Below, piece after piece: positions 13,982 to 27,650 of a stretch of DNA of 64,000 nt. The notes under the pieces were generated by a model. The model worked only from the letters and a program-made list of their open reading frames with translations, was not told where the DNA came from and did no database searches. This DNA comes from Lama glama (taxonomy: Eukaryota), in assembly GCA_028534125.1 (NCBI GenBank), contig CM052816.1:16122001-16186000 (forward strand). Direction: 5' to 3'. How positions within the stretch are numbered: position 1 is the stretch's first letter; each line of letters starts with the position of its first letter. The translations under genes were made by a program, and so were the position numbers.

Positions 13982-14969
13982 AATAAACATTTTCCTCTTG
14001 CCTACATCATTTGGAAGGTTCTTTATCATTTATAAACTCTTTAGGTATGTCTTATTCTTGGATCAGAACCTGGCGTTCAGCTCTAGACTATTTCTGTGAG
14101 CACGAAGGCAGACTGGAGATGTGATGGGAGTGGGGCTCAGAAACAGGGCTTGAGGCTCAAGCAGAAAGTGAAGCTCTCATTCATGGAATGAAGGTGCTCT
14201 GTGCACTGTGTGATCAGCAGTGAGGAGGGGAGGGAGGAAACCCTTCCCATCACAAAGGACGCTGCAGCTTGAAGGAATCCGTGTCCCCAGGTTAACAGCC
14301 TTGGGGTTCATCTACTCAAACCAGAAGACTTCTGAACTTCCTTGATCAGATCCAGGCTTCACAGCTTGGGAGAAGTGACCAGTAAGAAAATGCCACTGCT
14401 CTGCTTTCTGTTGGAAACTATTAAAAGAAATTACGCTTGAACTCCAAATCCTACTGGAACGTGGAATCCAGCAGCCAGGCCAAGCTGTGTGTTATTCTCA
14501 TGTACATCCTTACACTCAGGACTGGCTTTGTGAGGAGGCACTGTTGGGATTCCAGGGCTTTGTATTACGAATGGCCACACATGTGAGTTCATCGTCTGCA
14601 TGCAACGTTCCTCACAGGAGCTAGCACTTACTTAGTATTTATTTTGGATTTATTTAAGGTGTAAGCTTAGTGTCCTAATATGTTTATTTTCGGAAAGGGC
14701 CAAGTTACTATACATCTTATTTTTTGAGCCTGCATTATTGATACCTCGTGCAGTGACCACCAAGTAACTATATACTCATGTGTTAGATATTGATTACATC
14801 ATTTACATCACATTCAGTATTTGGAATTAAAGATGTGAATGTTCTGTGACCAGAGCCAGGTTTGACACAGATGGAATCAGCTCCTGGTGGAGTAAGACTC
14901 CTGAAAAAATCTGGTCACCTGATCCACTGCATCTGGATTGAGTGTATTTTACCAGAGAAAGAAATTAAA
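13982..14969 (+). terminator. Candidate DNAJC18 poly(A) signals: AATAAA 13982-13987 and ATTAAA 14964-14969
   Basis: Hexamers downstream of the stop. The distal one is followed by a T-rich tract (~14991-15020) and then by repeat-derived DNA. Confidence 0.5.
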
Positions 14970-15329
14970 TGTTTTATATAAAAAGAATGGCTTTATATTT
15001 TTCCTTTGTTCTTTTACTTTTGCCCATGGCACCCTTGAGTACTGCATTCTGCCTGGCTCCCTTGGAGCCACTTAGGACTAGAAAAGCTGATGACCTCTGC
15101 TTCAGTGTTTCCTCATTCATCAGTGGAATTATTGGTGTTTAGAACAATAGATAGCATTGGTGGCATCACCTGTTCTATATTTGTTTTCCCTCAGATAACA
15201 GCAGGTGCAGCATATTACAGCCAATGTACACATAACATCTATTTAGCATCTGCAAATCAGGTAATCAGGTATTATCCCAGTTCCTTTCTAGCTTTCTTAA
15301 TGGCCCACATTTAGCAGTCTTGGTTTAGA

Positions 15330-17445
15330 AATACAGTATTTTGTTCAGTTGGCTCTCCATTTTGAAGAGAGATGAGATGAAATTCAATTCAGCAAAGATG
15401 GAGAACTTATGATGGTGGGCTGAATTTTGGGGGTGGGGAGTTCAGGAAACAACTGAGATTCATCACCCAAGCTCCTGGAATTCACATCTAATGGAGAAGG
15501 CAACTTTAGGCAATGCTTCCCAGTGGAATGATTATCAAAGGGGAGACCAAGAGAAACTTGAGAATCTGTAACAAAGGGATTTAATTCAGGATGAAGGATC
15601 AGTGAAAGCAGTTCTGAGGAGGAGAGACTTGAAATATAATCATCCATACAGAGTGCAGTGATTTTTTTTTCCAGTGGAGATGGAAGCAACTCTGTTAGAA
15701 TGCTCCCATTTCCATAAATAGCACCATCATTCAGCCACGTCCAAAAGTCAGAAACCCAGGAGACTTTGTGTGGTAGACTTGATTTGGTGCCCCCAATGGA
15801 CCACACCTAATATTCATGGCCTTGTGTAAACCCCTTTCTGATCTGGACTGGCTTTTGATCTTTAACTAAGAGAATGTGGCAAAACTAGCAGCTTCCATTT
15901 TTACACTTAGGGGAAACCAGCTGCCATGTAAATCCCACCACCCGAGACCACTAAGTTAACCACGTGGAGAAGCCATGCAGAGGAGAACCAAACGACTGAG
16001 CTGGCAGCAAGAACTGAAGCCAGACACATAATCTGAGCCAAGCTGATTATTCCACCCCGGGTGATGATCACAGAAGAAATGAGCTGCCTCGCCACGCCTG
16101 GTTCAAGCGGCAGAATCATGAGCAAATAATTCAATGGTTGCTGTTTTAAGCCATTGCATTTTGTGGTAGTTTGTAGCAAAAGACAACTAAAACACCTCGG
16201 CTCCCTTTTCCCAATATCTTCTCCAATGTTAAATTCTATCAGTTTTACCTCCAGGATATCCTAAATCCATCTACTTTCTTCATCTCCTCTGACACCATCT
16301 GACTCCCGAACTACCATCCACTTTCTCTGACAAAAGCCACTGCAGCTTGCCTAACTTGTCTCCATGTATCTACTCAAGGCCCTCTCTGATCTGTACACCT
16401 TGTTGCAACCAGAGAGATCTTTTCAAAGCATAAATTATAGAATGTCACCCTATTGGTTAAAATATTTCAGTACCTTTCTTTTGCCCCCAGAATAAAAGTC
16501 AGCAAAGTCTTTAGCATGGCCTAATGCTTCACAAGGCTTTACCAAGTTTCTGGCCTCTACCCCTGCCTGCCCTGTACATCTTTTTCTTTTCTGCCATGCT
16601 AGCTTTTTAGTTACTACACTCAGCCAACCCCTTTGACTGAGGGACTTTTTTTCTTTTTTCTGAGAGACTTTGTACATACTGTTTCCTCTTTCTGGGACCT
16701 TTTGCCACTCACCAGCCCCTACCCTCTTTGCTAAGTGTTTCCTGGTTATTTTAATAGGTTTCAGCTCAAACATCACTTCCTTACAGCCTTCCCTGACACC
16801 CCAGACTGGGCTAAATCTCCTTTTAAATTACTCTAATTCCTCTCTTTCTTACACCTGTCATAGCTCTAATGCTATTTATTTGAATAATGATTTAAATTGG
16901 GATTTATTCAGGTGTTTATTTATTATGTCTTCCCCATTAGATTGAGTTCCAGTCTGGTTTTATCTGAGCTGAAGCTTGAAGGAAATGACATGCCACCTGT
17001 CAGGACTTCCTCTGGAAGCTCAAATTCTTTGAAATTATTCCCATCAAAAGGTAGGATGTGTCCTCTCTGCCTGAATCTGGACTCTGTAGTTCCTTGACCA
17101 AGGCCTTAAGAAACTGGCATTTTCCATTTCATCACTTTGGTTGCTTTCTTTTGAACCTAATCACCATGCTATGAGGAAGCCCAAGCAGCCCATGGAGAGG
17201 AACCAAGAATCTTGGTTCTCAGTCTCAGATGAGCTCCCAGCTGACAGCACCAACTTGCTAGTTTGGTGAGTGAGCCATCTTGGAAGTGGAACTTCTATCC
17301 CCTCCCCTCATCTCAGCTGATACTACATCGAGAAGAGATGAGCTTTCACTATTGAACCCTGCCCAGACAAGATTCCTGAGCAAAGTGATTTTTTTTTAAG
17401 CTGTAAATTTTGGGTGGTTTGTTAATACAGCCATAGATAATGAGA
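15330..17445. mobile_element. Cluster of old repeats: L2 fragments and MLT1 (MaLR) LTRs at ~15770-16190 and ~16960-17445
   Basis: MLT1-like ends (ttgctgttttaagccattgcattttgtggtagtttgt; aagctgtaaattttgggtggtttgttaatacagccatagataa) interspersed with L2-like text. Confidence 0.65.
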
Positions 17446-17969
17446 ACATCAACAAGGATGACAACCCTGTGAAGCCCTTCCCAGAGCAGGATCACAGAGC
17501 TATCTGTGATGTCATGTTATCCTGAGCCTTACTGGGCCCAGATTGGCAGGAGCCTGTAGTGTTTGTTGACATATAAAATGGGAGTCTGTGGCAGTTTCCA
17601 ATCAGGATTACCATCCCTCGTGTCCGTGGAGAGTGTAGACCTGGATCTAGGGTTCTGTCTTGCTCACAACTTCCCATCTCCTGGGAACTGGCTGCTGGAG
17701 CCTACTGCACTCCAGGGTTTTGCCCTAAATGTGAAGGGCAACCTATTTCAGCTGGCGGAGATGAATGTTGAGTGGCAAGGGATGTCCAGTAGCACCTCAT
17801 GAAAGACCCTAAAGAGGGGGCACGGTTCATGAGATTCAGGGATCGCTGCCCGAGAGCACTGTGCAGCCTTTTCAAGAGTGATTTGGGTAAATATTCCCAT
17901 TTGAAAGACATAATTCCCAGAGGGCTCTGTGCTGAGGCACATAAACTACACAGCACACTCTAGGCCTAC

Positions 17970-18272
17970 AGTGTCCAATACAGTAGCCACTAGCCACATA
18001 TGGCTATTTAAATTTAACTATTTCTTTCTGAGTGAACACTTCAGTTTCTAGGGTTAGTTACATGGATGATGTGTCTCTTGGATACTACTGCCTTGTCCAC
18101 TGGACGAGTTTTTGGGTTTTGTTTTTTGTTATCTGATTAGAATTTTTTAAAATTTAGAAAGCAATTCCTCAGTCACATGAGCCACATTTCAAGTGCTGCG
18201 GAGTCCTCTGTGGCTAGGGGCTGATGGTATTGGACAGTGCAGAACATTTCCATCACAGAAGTTCTGTTGGAC
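17970..18272. mobile_element. MER3/MER33-like hAT DNA transposon with internal insertion
   Basis: gtgtccaatacagtagccactagccacatatggctatttaaattt...tggctag...gtattggacagtgcagaacatttccatcacagaagttctgttggac. Confidence 0.6.
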
Positions 18273-19529
18273 TCTATGGCTCTAGGCCCTTAAAGTTTCA
18301 TCAACTTGATTATAAATCAATAAAAAATGTTAAAAAAAAGATTCATCAACAGAGATGGCCTTGCCCTCAAGAATATGAGAACAGACACAAGAAAAGAGGA
18401 AAGATAAAACAAGGGCTTCCACTGGGAGATCCACAGGAATGATCATGTTTGTCAGGTCACAACATCCAACCAAAATGAGGCACCTAGAGAGCTGAGGAGA
18501 GCAGCCTGAGTGGCTTACCTAAAATGTCAACTTCCCTTGGTGGCCATTGACAACATTTTTTCCAAACTCGTTTTTAATATAGTCATTTCCTGCTTGTGGA
18601 TTTCAAATTCTTTAACTTTAGAATCCATTATGTTCAACCAAAATGCAGCACAGCATCATAGTGCATGGACTCTGTAATCAAACTGCCCCCCTCACAGACC
18701 AGTTCTAAGGTTTACTAGCTTGGGTGACCTTGGCTTACTGGGTTATTCATTCTCATAGAACCTATATTTCCTCATCTGTAAAATGGGGATATCTGGAATC
18801 TACTTCCCAAGTTTATTATAAGGATCATGTGAAATAATACTAACAAGACATAAACGTGTCACGAAATAGTGAGTAATCGATAAATATTAGTTCTGGTTTT
18901 CTCCAAGCTTAATCTTATTTGGATTTCAAAAAAAGCCCTCAACAGGGATTGGTGGAGATGTGTGAACATCTTATCCTTTCCTGCCTCCATTTTACAAGTC
19001 TCCTTCATGGCTGACTTCAGCTCTAATCTCTTCAGGTTCTTCAGGGTTCCCCAGCACTTTGATCTGGCAGTACCTGGCTCCAGTGTGGCTACCCAGAGCC
19101 TGGTACCAGAGTATGAGTACTTTTATCTCTGGTGAAGCCACTCCACTCTCCTTTTCTCTTCCTGAGCTTGCCTTCATTGCTTAGGCTCAGACCCCCTAAG
19201 TACTAAGTGTGTTCCTAGGAGAAAGAGAGATCACAGGAGGCTAGAGTCTCAAACTCATGGGGAAAATTTAGAGATTAGAGTGAGATAAAGAAACATGTGA
19301 AGCTAAAGATGCAGGGGCTGACTCTTGTTTGATGGTGTTTCAGCTTAATGGGTTAAGGTCGGGGGCTTGTGTCTGAGTGTTGCCTGCTCATCAGCCCATG
19401 ATTAGACATTAGAGTGGGTATAAGCCAGGATCTGTCTCCTCAGGGCTGCGTGAGAAACACACGATGTAATAGATGTGCACATTCCCTATAAATTTAAATT
19501 CCTAATGATGTTGGAGAAGCTGTGCCCCA

Positions 19530-19702
19530 GGCATCTCCTTTAAGAGGGCGGTTCCTTTAAGAGGCGGGCCCCAGCCTTGCTAACAAAGGAAGTCCCCGCC
19601 CACGGTTGCCAAGGTGCTGCGTGGCGTCGCATTCTCATTGGTGGGCGGCGGTGGTGAGGCAGCCAGCGGCAGCCATTTCCAACAAGCTGGCGGGGGCGAA
19701 AG
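19530..19702 (+). promoter_or_regulatory. SPATA24 CpG-rich promoter and 5' leader
   Basis: Local CpG enrichment, GC boxes, ETS GGAAGT (19588), RFX-like GTTGCCAAGG (19605), inverted CCAAT (~19637) and YY1-like GCCATTT/AAGATGGCG near the ATG. Confidence 0.7.
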
Positions 19703-22700
19703 ATGGCGACACCCGTCGGGTGGTCGCAGGGGGGGTCAGGATCGGTGTGTCTCGCCTTCGATCAACTGCGGGACGTGATTGAGTCTCAGGAGGAACTGAT
19801 CCACCAGCTGAGGAACGTGGTATGCAGCCAGAAGAGCTGGGGGAGAGGCCGGAATGGACGCCTAAATAGTGGGGGCGGTGCCAGACCCTGTCCCTATGCC
19901 TGGGGCCTGCCGAGAGCACAATGCCAGTGGCGTCATCAGGAGGAGGCGGGGCACGGATGTGTTCTGGCTGATAGGGATGGAGCCAAAAAGGTGCAGGGTC
20001 TTATGACTATTTACCGGGGAATTTTAGACAAAATCAAGTTATTCTCTACTCTATTTGCCTGATTATACAGGTCCCAGTAGATATGCCCCCAGTTTATTCA
20101 CTAAGCTTCAGTTCCCCGTTTCTAACTGGAGATGTCTTCACTGACTTCCCAAGGCTCTTGCGTACCTAAAAACTGTAACATCATTCTTATTTTGGAATCT
20201 CCTCCCCATGCTGAGTGCAGTAAGCATAGAATTGGCTCTTCACACGTTAACTTAAGGGCTTCCAAGTCCTTTATGTCCCTTTATTTTTGACTTGCCAATC
20301 AAACCCCAGTTCATGGGTGCAAAGCATTGGAGCCGTAGATTATCTGGACAGGCATGGTAGAATCCTGGCCAACTAAGAGTTTATGGTTTTTCTGTGTTTT
20401 TTTTTTCATCTTGATAAGAAGGTTGGGAAATATAAAACTTGGGGGGGGCGTGGGGTAGGTAATTACGTTTATTTATTTACTTATTTTTAATGGTGGTACT
20501 GGGTACCCAGGACCTTGTGCATGCTAGGCATGCACTCTACCACTGAGATACCCCCTCCCCTGGACATATAAAACTGACTACACATCTGTTTCTGACTCTA
20601 ACGGTTGTATGCAGCTCTGGGCACTGAATCTTGTGGAGCCTTTAGGTACCCAGGTCTCTGTGTTGGCAGCTGGCCTTTGCATGCGTGTTCCCTTTGTCTG
20701 GAACATTTTTCTCTTTTATCTTTCTGGCCAACCCTATTTAATAGTCAGATCTCAGGTCTGACACCCTCTTCCCTTGAAGCAGTTCTGACCCTTCCCCAGG
20801 CTGGGTCAGGGGCCTCTGGGCACCACAGCCCTTTGCGTTCCTCCATCATAGCACACATACTGTTAGAAATGGTGGCCATGGGCTATATCCTCCATGAGAT
20901 TGGTTGCTCCCTGAGGGCAGGACCTAGAACTGAGCCTCAGTCAATCTCGTGAAAGTGAACTCTCCCTTCCCTGGGCCTCAGTATCATCCTAGGTGTCCTG
21001 GGCATCATCCCATTATCATCCTTGCTCCTGGTCCCTAGAGAACACCCCTCCCAGCCCAGCCCCAGGCCCTCCCTGAGCCTGGCTCTGTTGCAGATGGTTC
21101 TCCAGGATGAAAATTTTGTCAGTAAGGAAGAGTTCCAGGCAGTGGAGAAAAAGCTGGTGGTAAGTAATGGCCTCTGCTGGCTCCTAATTTTCCCTTATTT
21201 CCCAGGATCACTGTGGTTGGGCAGAGTCATTGAGTATTGGCCTCTGAGAGCTTCCAGCCCCAGTAGTGAATATCCCTGTACCCTGGCCTCTTTGTGCCCC
21301 TCTGAGAAAGAGGGTTGGTTAAGGGAGCCTAGGAGACCCAATGTAGCTTGGGGTAATGAGGTCATTGCTGCTGCCCCTGCAGGAAGAGAAAGCTGCCCAT
21401 GCCAAGACCAAGGTCCTCCTGGCCAAGGAAGAGGAGAAGTTGCAGTTTGCCCTTGGAGAGGTAGAGGTGCTGTCTAAACAGCTGGAGAAAGAGAAGCTGG
21501 CCTTTGAAAAGGCGTGAGTAGGCCTTGGTAGTGGGGGAAGGGTTGGGGTTTCCATCTGCCCATCAGCCTTACCACCCTTTCTTATCTTCTCCACTCAGGC
21601 TCTCCAGTGTCAAGAGCAGAGCCCTGCAGGAGTCCAGCAAGAAGGACCAGCTCATCACCAAGTGCAATGGTAGGCGGGAGGCCCGAGCTCCCTCCCACGC
21701 TTACATACATGGGCTCTTCCCTAACTGCCCAGTGCCTGTGTCCAGGGCAGGGTTTCACCCCAACTTCTGTCCCCGGCTGAGGATACAGGCAAGCCCAGGC
21801 GGGCCACACCTTCGCAAAGGCCTTCAGGGACCAGGCAGGCCACGGAAATGAGGGAAGCGATTGGTGTACAATATTCTTCGTGGCCATAAAGAAACGGGCT
21901 TGCTCCCATTTTTCTTGAAACATACAACCTTCTTAGTCCACCTTTTTGTTTTCCCACTTTTGGTGAATATTAGAAATAGTGTATTTTACTCATAACTCTG
22001 TTACCAGAGGAACAACAGGGGAGGCACAGTCTTATCTGGAAGCTGACCCCTAGTGTCAGGGTTGGGGACCCAACAGGGAGGAGTAGGAACTGATAAGGTG
22101 GATAGCTGTACTCCGTCTCAAGGGCTTAGTGCCTCTACTGTGGGAATAGGGGCCCAGTACTATCAGATCTTTCAAAAAGAAACTGGAAACCAGATTTTAA
22201 TGGAAGCTTTTCTGACTTTTTAGTCTTGGCAACTGATTTAGAAACTTTTTAAGTATTGTATGGGCCAAGGAAAATATGTCCGTAGGCCATATGTCTGCTC
22301 TGTGCAGATGCCTTTGGACGCTTGTTGGCTCAGTTGGTGCTGTGAATTGTGGGGCACTTTCAGTCAGCTACCCAGTATCTCCGGACCTCAGGAACCCCTT
22401 TACTTTTCCCAGAATGCTAAGCTCCCTATACCTAGTTTAAGAAGTAGATTTGAATTCCATATGCAACATCTTCATTCACTGAAGCATTTTGAGTAGGCCA
22501 AAGTTCAAACCCAAAAGAGGTTCAGAATTTCTTCTGAAGGGCCCCCACCTGGAGCATTGGGCACCCCCTACCCACCAATGCTGCCTTCTCTCTCCCCTGG
22601 TGAGTACCCTCACTGGTAAGATACCAGCAGGCTGCCATCTTGATCTGGCTAAGTGGACTAACAGGCGTCATGGTTGTTTGATCAGGGGTTCCTGTTAGGG

Positions 22701-24629
22701 CCTTTTGGGGCCCAAAAGGCAGACACTGCCTCAAAACCCAAGGATGCTAGTCCCATAGTCCTTCTCACTTCCCTGGGCATTGCCCCTACTTCCCTGAAAG
22801 GAATCTAGGGTTCTTCCCTGGTGGTCCTGGAGGCCCTTCCTCTGGGCCATTTCCTTGAGATCAGCCAAGGCCTCGGGTCTCTGTCTGCTTATGGTAAGTT
22901 TCTGTGAGTCACAGAGACGAAGCCTGGCTGCCTCCCCCAAGAATGTTCTGAACCCCTCCAGTAGGGTATAAGCTGTCACCTGAGCAAATCTGGTGACCTG
23001 AGCCACCCCCTGGCCTGTGTCCTCCTCCTGCCAACTTTGGTTTCAGTTTGGTTTTTTGGGGTGCCATTTATTTCAAATTTATCCCTCATTTATTTTAAAG
23101 GATTCACACAAATTTCTGATTTCTTTTTCCCCATAAGAACTTCACAAGCAATCGGTTTGGATTGGCTGGGTGACCTGGGGAAGGAGTTTCAGTCCTGGTC
23201 CTGTGACCCAGTGAGCTCATGTTTTCATTCTTTTCCTTCACCAGTGTCTCTCCTCTTTTCCACGCTATGCCTTAACTTTTTACCATATCTTCTCTTCTGA
23301 AACCTTAAATGCTTCAACATTTCTGCATTTTTAGAGTTTATGTTCTAGTTAATCTTTGTCCAACCTTTAAAGGCAGCAGGATTTTCTTCCTTCGAGGATC
23401 AGAATTTTCGAGTGCTCCCCGAGGGATAGTTGTGTAAATGAAGCAATCCCAGATCCCTACAGCCTCATTGGATTTTAACCCAAGACACAAAAATCATCCT
23501 TGCATCTAATGAGCACTTAATTTGGGGATAAGTTTTGTCATTCTATCTCTCTGGCTCCTCCTCATTCCTCTGTATTCTCTCCTGAAGCCCTGGCACAGAA
23601 CTGGGCATCCAGCTGACCTTCAGGAGGTCTGGTTGGATTGAGATGACTGAATTAGGTGATGTTTCTGAGACATAACCCCCCAGGGGACATCCTGTTTATT
23701 CATTCCACAAATAAATGTATTGTGCATCTACTATGTGCCAGATACTGTTTTAGGCATTAGGGTTAAGGCAGTGAATAAAACAAAAATCCTTGTCTTTGTG
23801 GACCTTACATCCTAGTAGGGGAAAAGACAAGTGAGTAAAATCCGTGGTTTGTGAGATAAGTGCTAAGAAGAAAAATACAGCAGGAAAAAGGGATGGAAAG
23901 TATTGGGAAGGGTTGTAATTTTAGAATAGGAAGGGTCTCTCCAAGGAGGTGATAGCTCTAAAGAGCTGCAGGAGTTGAGGGCAGGAGCTGTTCATCCTCT
24001 TGCCTTTGCCCATCTCTCTCCAAGGGCCTTTGCACGCCCTCATGTGAGTCACCTGGTCTAGAATAGAGTTGTGAAGTCACAGATACATTCATCAAAATGT
24101 TGTGACTCCCCAGCCCCACCCCATCAGGACTCCATAAAAGACTCATTCTTACTAAGGTATTAGCAACCATTCATGGAGAACCCCTGGGTGGAGGGAGCCA
24201 AGTTCTGAAAAGACCTATGAGGGAATTCCTTATCTCAGGAAAGAGCCCATGGGATGGGAACCACTCCTCCCTGCCTCTCTCCCCCACAGAAATTGAGTCT
24301 CACATTATAAAGCAAGAAGATATACTTAATGGCAAAGAGAATGAGATTAAAGAGTTGCAGCATGTTATCAGCCAGCAGAAAGAGATCTTCAGGTGAGGGG
24401 TTCGGGTCAGGCTGGGGGTTGTTGAAGGAATTGGGGAGCCAGACTTCTGGCCCCTACCCTGGGCTGTCCCCAGCCCACGCCCAGCTGGCTCCGTTGCAGG
24501 AATCACATGTCTGACTTCCGGATCCAGAAGCAGCAGGAGAACTATATAGCCCAGGTGCTGGACCAGAAGCATAAGAAAGCCTCAGGGACGCGTCAGGCCT
24601 GGAGCCACCAGCGTGCCAGGGAAAAATAA
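19703..24629 (+). CDS. SPATA24: Spermatogenesis-associated protein 24 (coiled-coil, 205 aa). Exons 19703-19819, 21094-21159, 21383-21513, 21599-21669, 24290-24392, 24500-24629
   Basis: Six exons joined by GT-AG introns total 618 nt in one frame: MATPVGWSQGGSGSVCLAFDQLRDVIESQEELIHQLRNVMVLQDENFVSKEEF...QAWSHQRAREK*. Confidence 0.95.
20440..20560 (-). mobile_element. Camelid-type tRNA-derived SINE with a small B-box deletion
   Basis: Same family as 8160-8291; flanked by the direct repeat atataaaact (20430-20439, 20566-20575). Confidence 0.85.
23690..23960 (-). mobile_element. L2 LINE 3' fragment
   Basis: tttattcattccacaaataaatgtattgtgcatctactatgtgccagatactgttttaggca...gcagtgaataaaacaaa is typical L2 3'-end text. 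Confidence 0.7.
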
Positions 24630-25140
24630 AATGGTCGTCGCCTTTCTGTTCTCTGGCTGTAATGCCCGACCTCTGCCTTCTTTGCTGTGGAATCCCCATC
24701 CTGACCCTTCCTATCCCTGTGGGTAACCTCCCTCAGGCCTCACCAGTGGCCCAAGCCCCAGGGAAGAGGCAGGGTAAGAGGCAAAAGACACTCTTCTTCC
24801 TTCTCCCTGCCTGCCTTTTGGACTTGGGTGACCCAAGTGAGAATCAAGTTACCAGGGACTGGGTGGGGAACAGGCCTTGGATCACCACCTGCTAGGCCAC
24901 TCCTAGGCTCAGAAGTCTGAGGATGCTGCTCAAGTCTCCAGCGCCTGCTACTTCCCTCAGGAAGCAGTGGGGGTCCATGGGGGTACACGGCTGTAGACTA
25001 GGGAAGGATTACTTGGTTGTCTAGTAGGCATTGGCCTTTCGTACTCTTGGTATTAAATCCCTCCATACGTAAACAGCCCTGGTTATCTCAGTAACACTTC
25101 CAGCACCCTGGTAGATTTAACTCCCAACTTGAAGGGCTTT

Positions 25141-25162
25141 GTGTGTGTGTGTGTGTGTGTGT
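25141..25162. repeat. (GT)n microsatellite
   Basis: About 11 GT units, seen directly. Confidence 0.9.
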
Positions 25163-26459
25163 GTTGTGTATGCATCTGTGAGAAGGGTTGACCAGAGAGT
25201 TCAAAGACAGTGGATTCCAGGACCACAGTGAATTTGGGAAATTGGTTTCCATCACATAAGAAGAACATTATACCTGTGAGTCACATTTGCACCTTCTTAC
25301 ACTTGTCCCACACAGAAGCTTATCAGTGTTCACAAATGGAGGAGAGGGAAAGGCCAATGCTGTGTCTATTTTTAAGGTGGGGAAACAAGTCTGTGAAGGG
25401 GCTATGACTTGCTCCCATTGCACATGCAGGGCTGGATGTGATGGAGAGGCTTGATCCTCTCAGAAGCTATCACTAATGTGCCTTAGGGCGTCACGGGGAC
25501 ACACCCAGGCAGGGGACCCACTCAGGGAAGGCTGAGTCAGATTTGTCAAGTCTAGCCTTTCCTGGGTCATTGTGAGGGTGAGTACACAGGAGGGGCCAAT
25601 GCTGTTGCTCCAGGGCCAGCTGGGCCCTGAGTCACAGCAGGACCTTGAAGCCAGAAGTTTAAGAACAAGTGGTGCCCATTGTCATTGTCCCAGGACAGTG
25701 ACAGGTGGTGGCTGCTTCTCCATCAGCACTTGCCCCAAGGCAAGTCCTGAGGTGGTGGGGGGCTGGAATGAGGGCCTTGTGAGTGCCTGGGAGAGCATAG
25801 AGCTATTTTTGCCTCAGAGGGGCTTTAGAGAAGGGACCACAGCTACCCCAAAGGTCCCTAAGAGCCCCGCATCAGCATCCGGGACTTATCTGGTTGCCAA
25901 AGCAGCCTGTAAAAGCTAGAGCTGTCCCCTCCAGCATCTTTCAGTAGGTTCCCAGTAAAGGCAATGGGTCCAGCCAGGGACAGCACTTCCTGAGGCCCCA
26001 GTGTAATTTCTGGAGTGGGGGGAGCCTTTCAAGCCATGCTCTTCTCTCAAAGGTTAGGGGGAGTGATGGGTCAAGGAAGGTGGTGAGCGCACCCTTATGG
26101 GCTCTGGCTGGGACAGGCGATTGGAGGGCTGGGGGGAGGGGGGCAGTGCAGTGATGGGAAGACGCTGGGGTCTGACAGGAAGATGAAATGGCTAACAAGA
26201 CCTTAATTGCCTGGCCTGAAGGTCTGGTGGTCTGGCATACACTGGTCCGCACACCATAGTGCTTGACCTCAGGTACATCCCTGCTTAGCCTCTGTTTTCT
26301 CACCTGTGATGGATGAGTGGCCTTGGGCCTAGCTCCTGGGTCCACGTTGGACGCCTGTCTGCCTTCCCCTCACCTTCCCGGCAACCAAAGCCTGGAATGT
26401 CACCCCACAGGTATGGGAGGGTAGGACCCAGGGCCCAGGTCTCTCCGTCTGCTGAGTCC

Positions 26460-27650
26460 GCTGGCTCTGAAGTGGACGCGGCCGCTTTAAGGCACGGTGA
26501 CCCCCACGGCACCCGCGGGCGGGGCGGGGACAGTGCGGGCGTCCGCGGCACCAGCGGAGGCGAATGCGAGGGAGGTAGTGCGCGGCGTCCGGCCCCACCA
26601 TGCTGACCGCGCTTGCCCCGCCAGCCCTGCCCGGGCACCCGGGGCGGCTGTCCACGGCTCCCGCGCGGCGGCAGGACTCCTCTGGTTCGTCAGGCTCCTA
26701 CCACACGGCTCCGGGTTCTCCAGAGCCCTGGGACTTTGGGCCGGACGCGGAGGGCCGGACGAATTGGCCCCGGGTGGCCCCTGCGCTGGGGGCGGGCGCG
26801 CAGCCTCGCCTGTCTGTCAGCGCCCAGAATAGCCGCCAGCAGCTCTGGCCTGGCTCGGGTTTCCCGCGAGGCCCGAGCTCGGGCCCACGGCCACCCCTGC
26901 CCCAGCTGCGCATGCTGCCGTCGGGGGAGATGGAAGTCATCTTCGGCACCGGACCCCTGTTCAGCCGCTCCGACGCAGAGGATAGCGAGGTGCAGCAGCT
27001 CACGGCGCGGGCCTACAGCAACCTCTCTCCGCCCGCCTCTTCCATCCCTGCGGAACCGCAGCCCTTGGCCCCAGACGGTGGCTCCCGCTGGGCCACCTAC
27101 CTGGAACTACGGCCCAGTGGGCCGAGTCCTGCCACCCCAGCGCAGTTCGAGTGTGTGGAGGTGGCGCTGGAGGAACGTGCTGCGCCTGTCAGGCCCCGGA
27201 CGGTGCCCAAGCGTCAGATCGAGCTGCGTCCCCGGCCCCGGAGTCCCCCGCGGGTGGCCACCGCGCCGCGGCCCCGACTCCTCCTGCGCACCGGCTCCCT
27301 GGATGAGTCTCTGGGCCGCCTGCAGGCTGCCGCGGGCCTCGTGCAGACAGCGCTGGCCAGAAAACTAAGCCCCGTGACCTCTGCTTCAAGCAACGCCACT
27401 TTCGGACTCACGGGGCCGCCAGAGCCTGCGACCCCGGAGAAGCCCCGCGGTACTCGAGTGGTCCTGGAGGAGGCCAAATCTCGACCACCCCGTGTGCATT
27501 ACAGTTCAGCCCCCGCCAGGGCCCCGCGACCGTGGCCTAGCCTCCGCGAGCGCGCAATTCGGCGCGACAAGCCCACGCCGGGGACTGAGCCGCTAGGTCC
27601 GGTTAGTTCCAGCATCTTCCTGCAGTCAGAGGAGAAGAACCAGGAGGCGC
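26460..27650. promoter_or_regulatory. CpG island over the PROB1 promoter and 5' CDS (a second CpG-rich block lies at ~28380-29420)
   Basis: Very high GC content and dense CG dinucleotides compared with the flanks. Confidence 0.8.
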
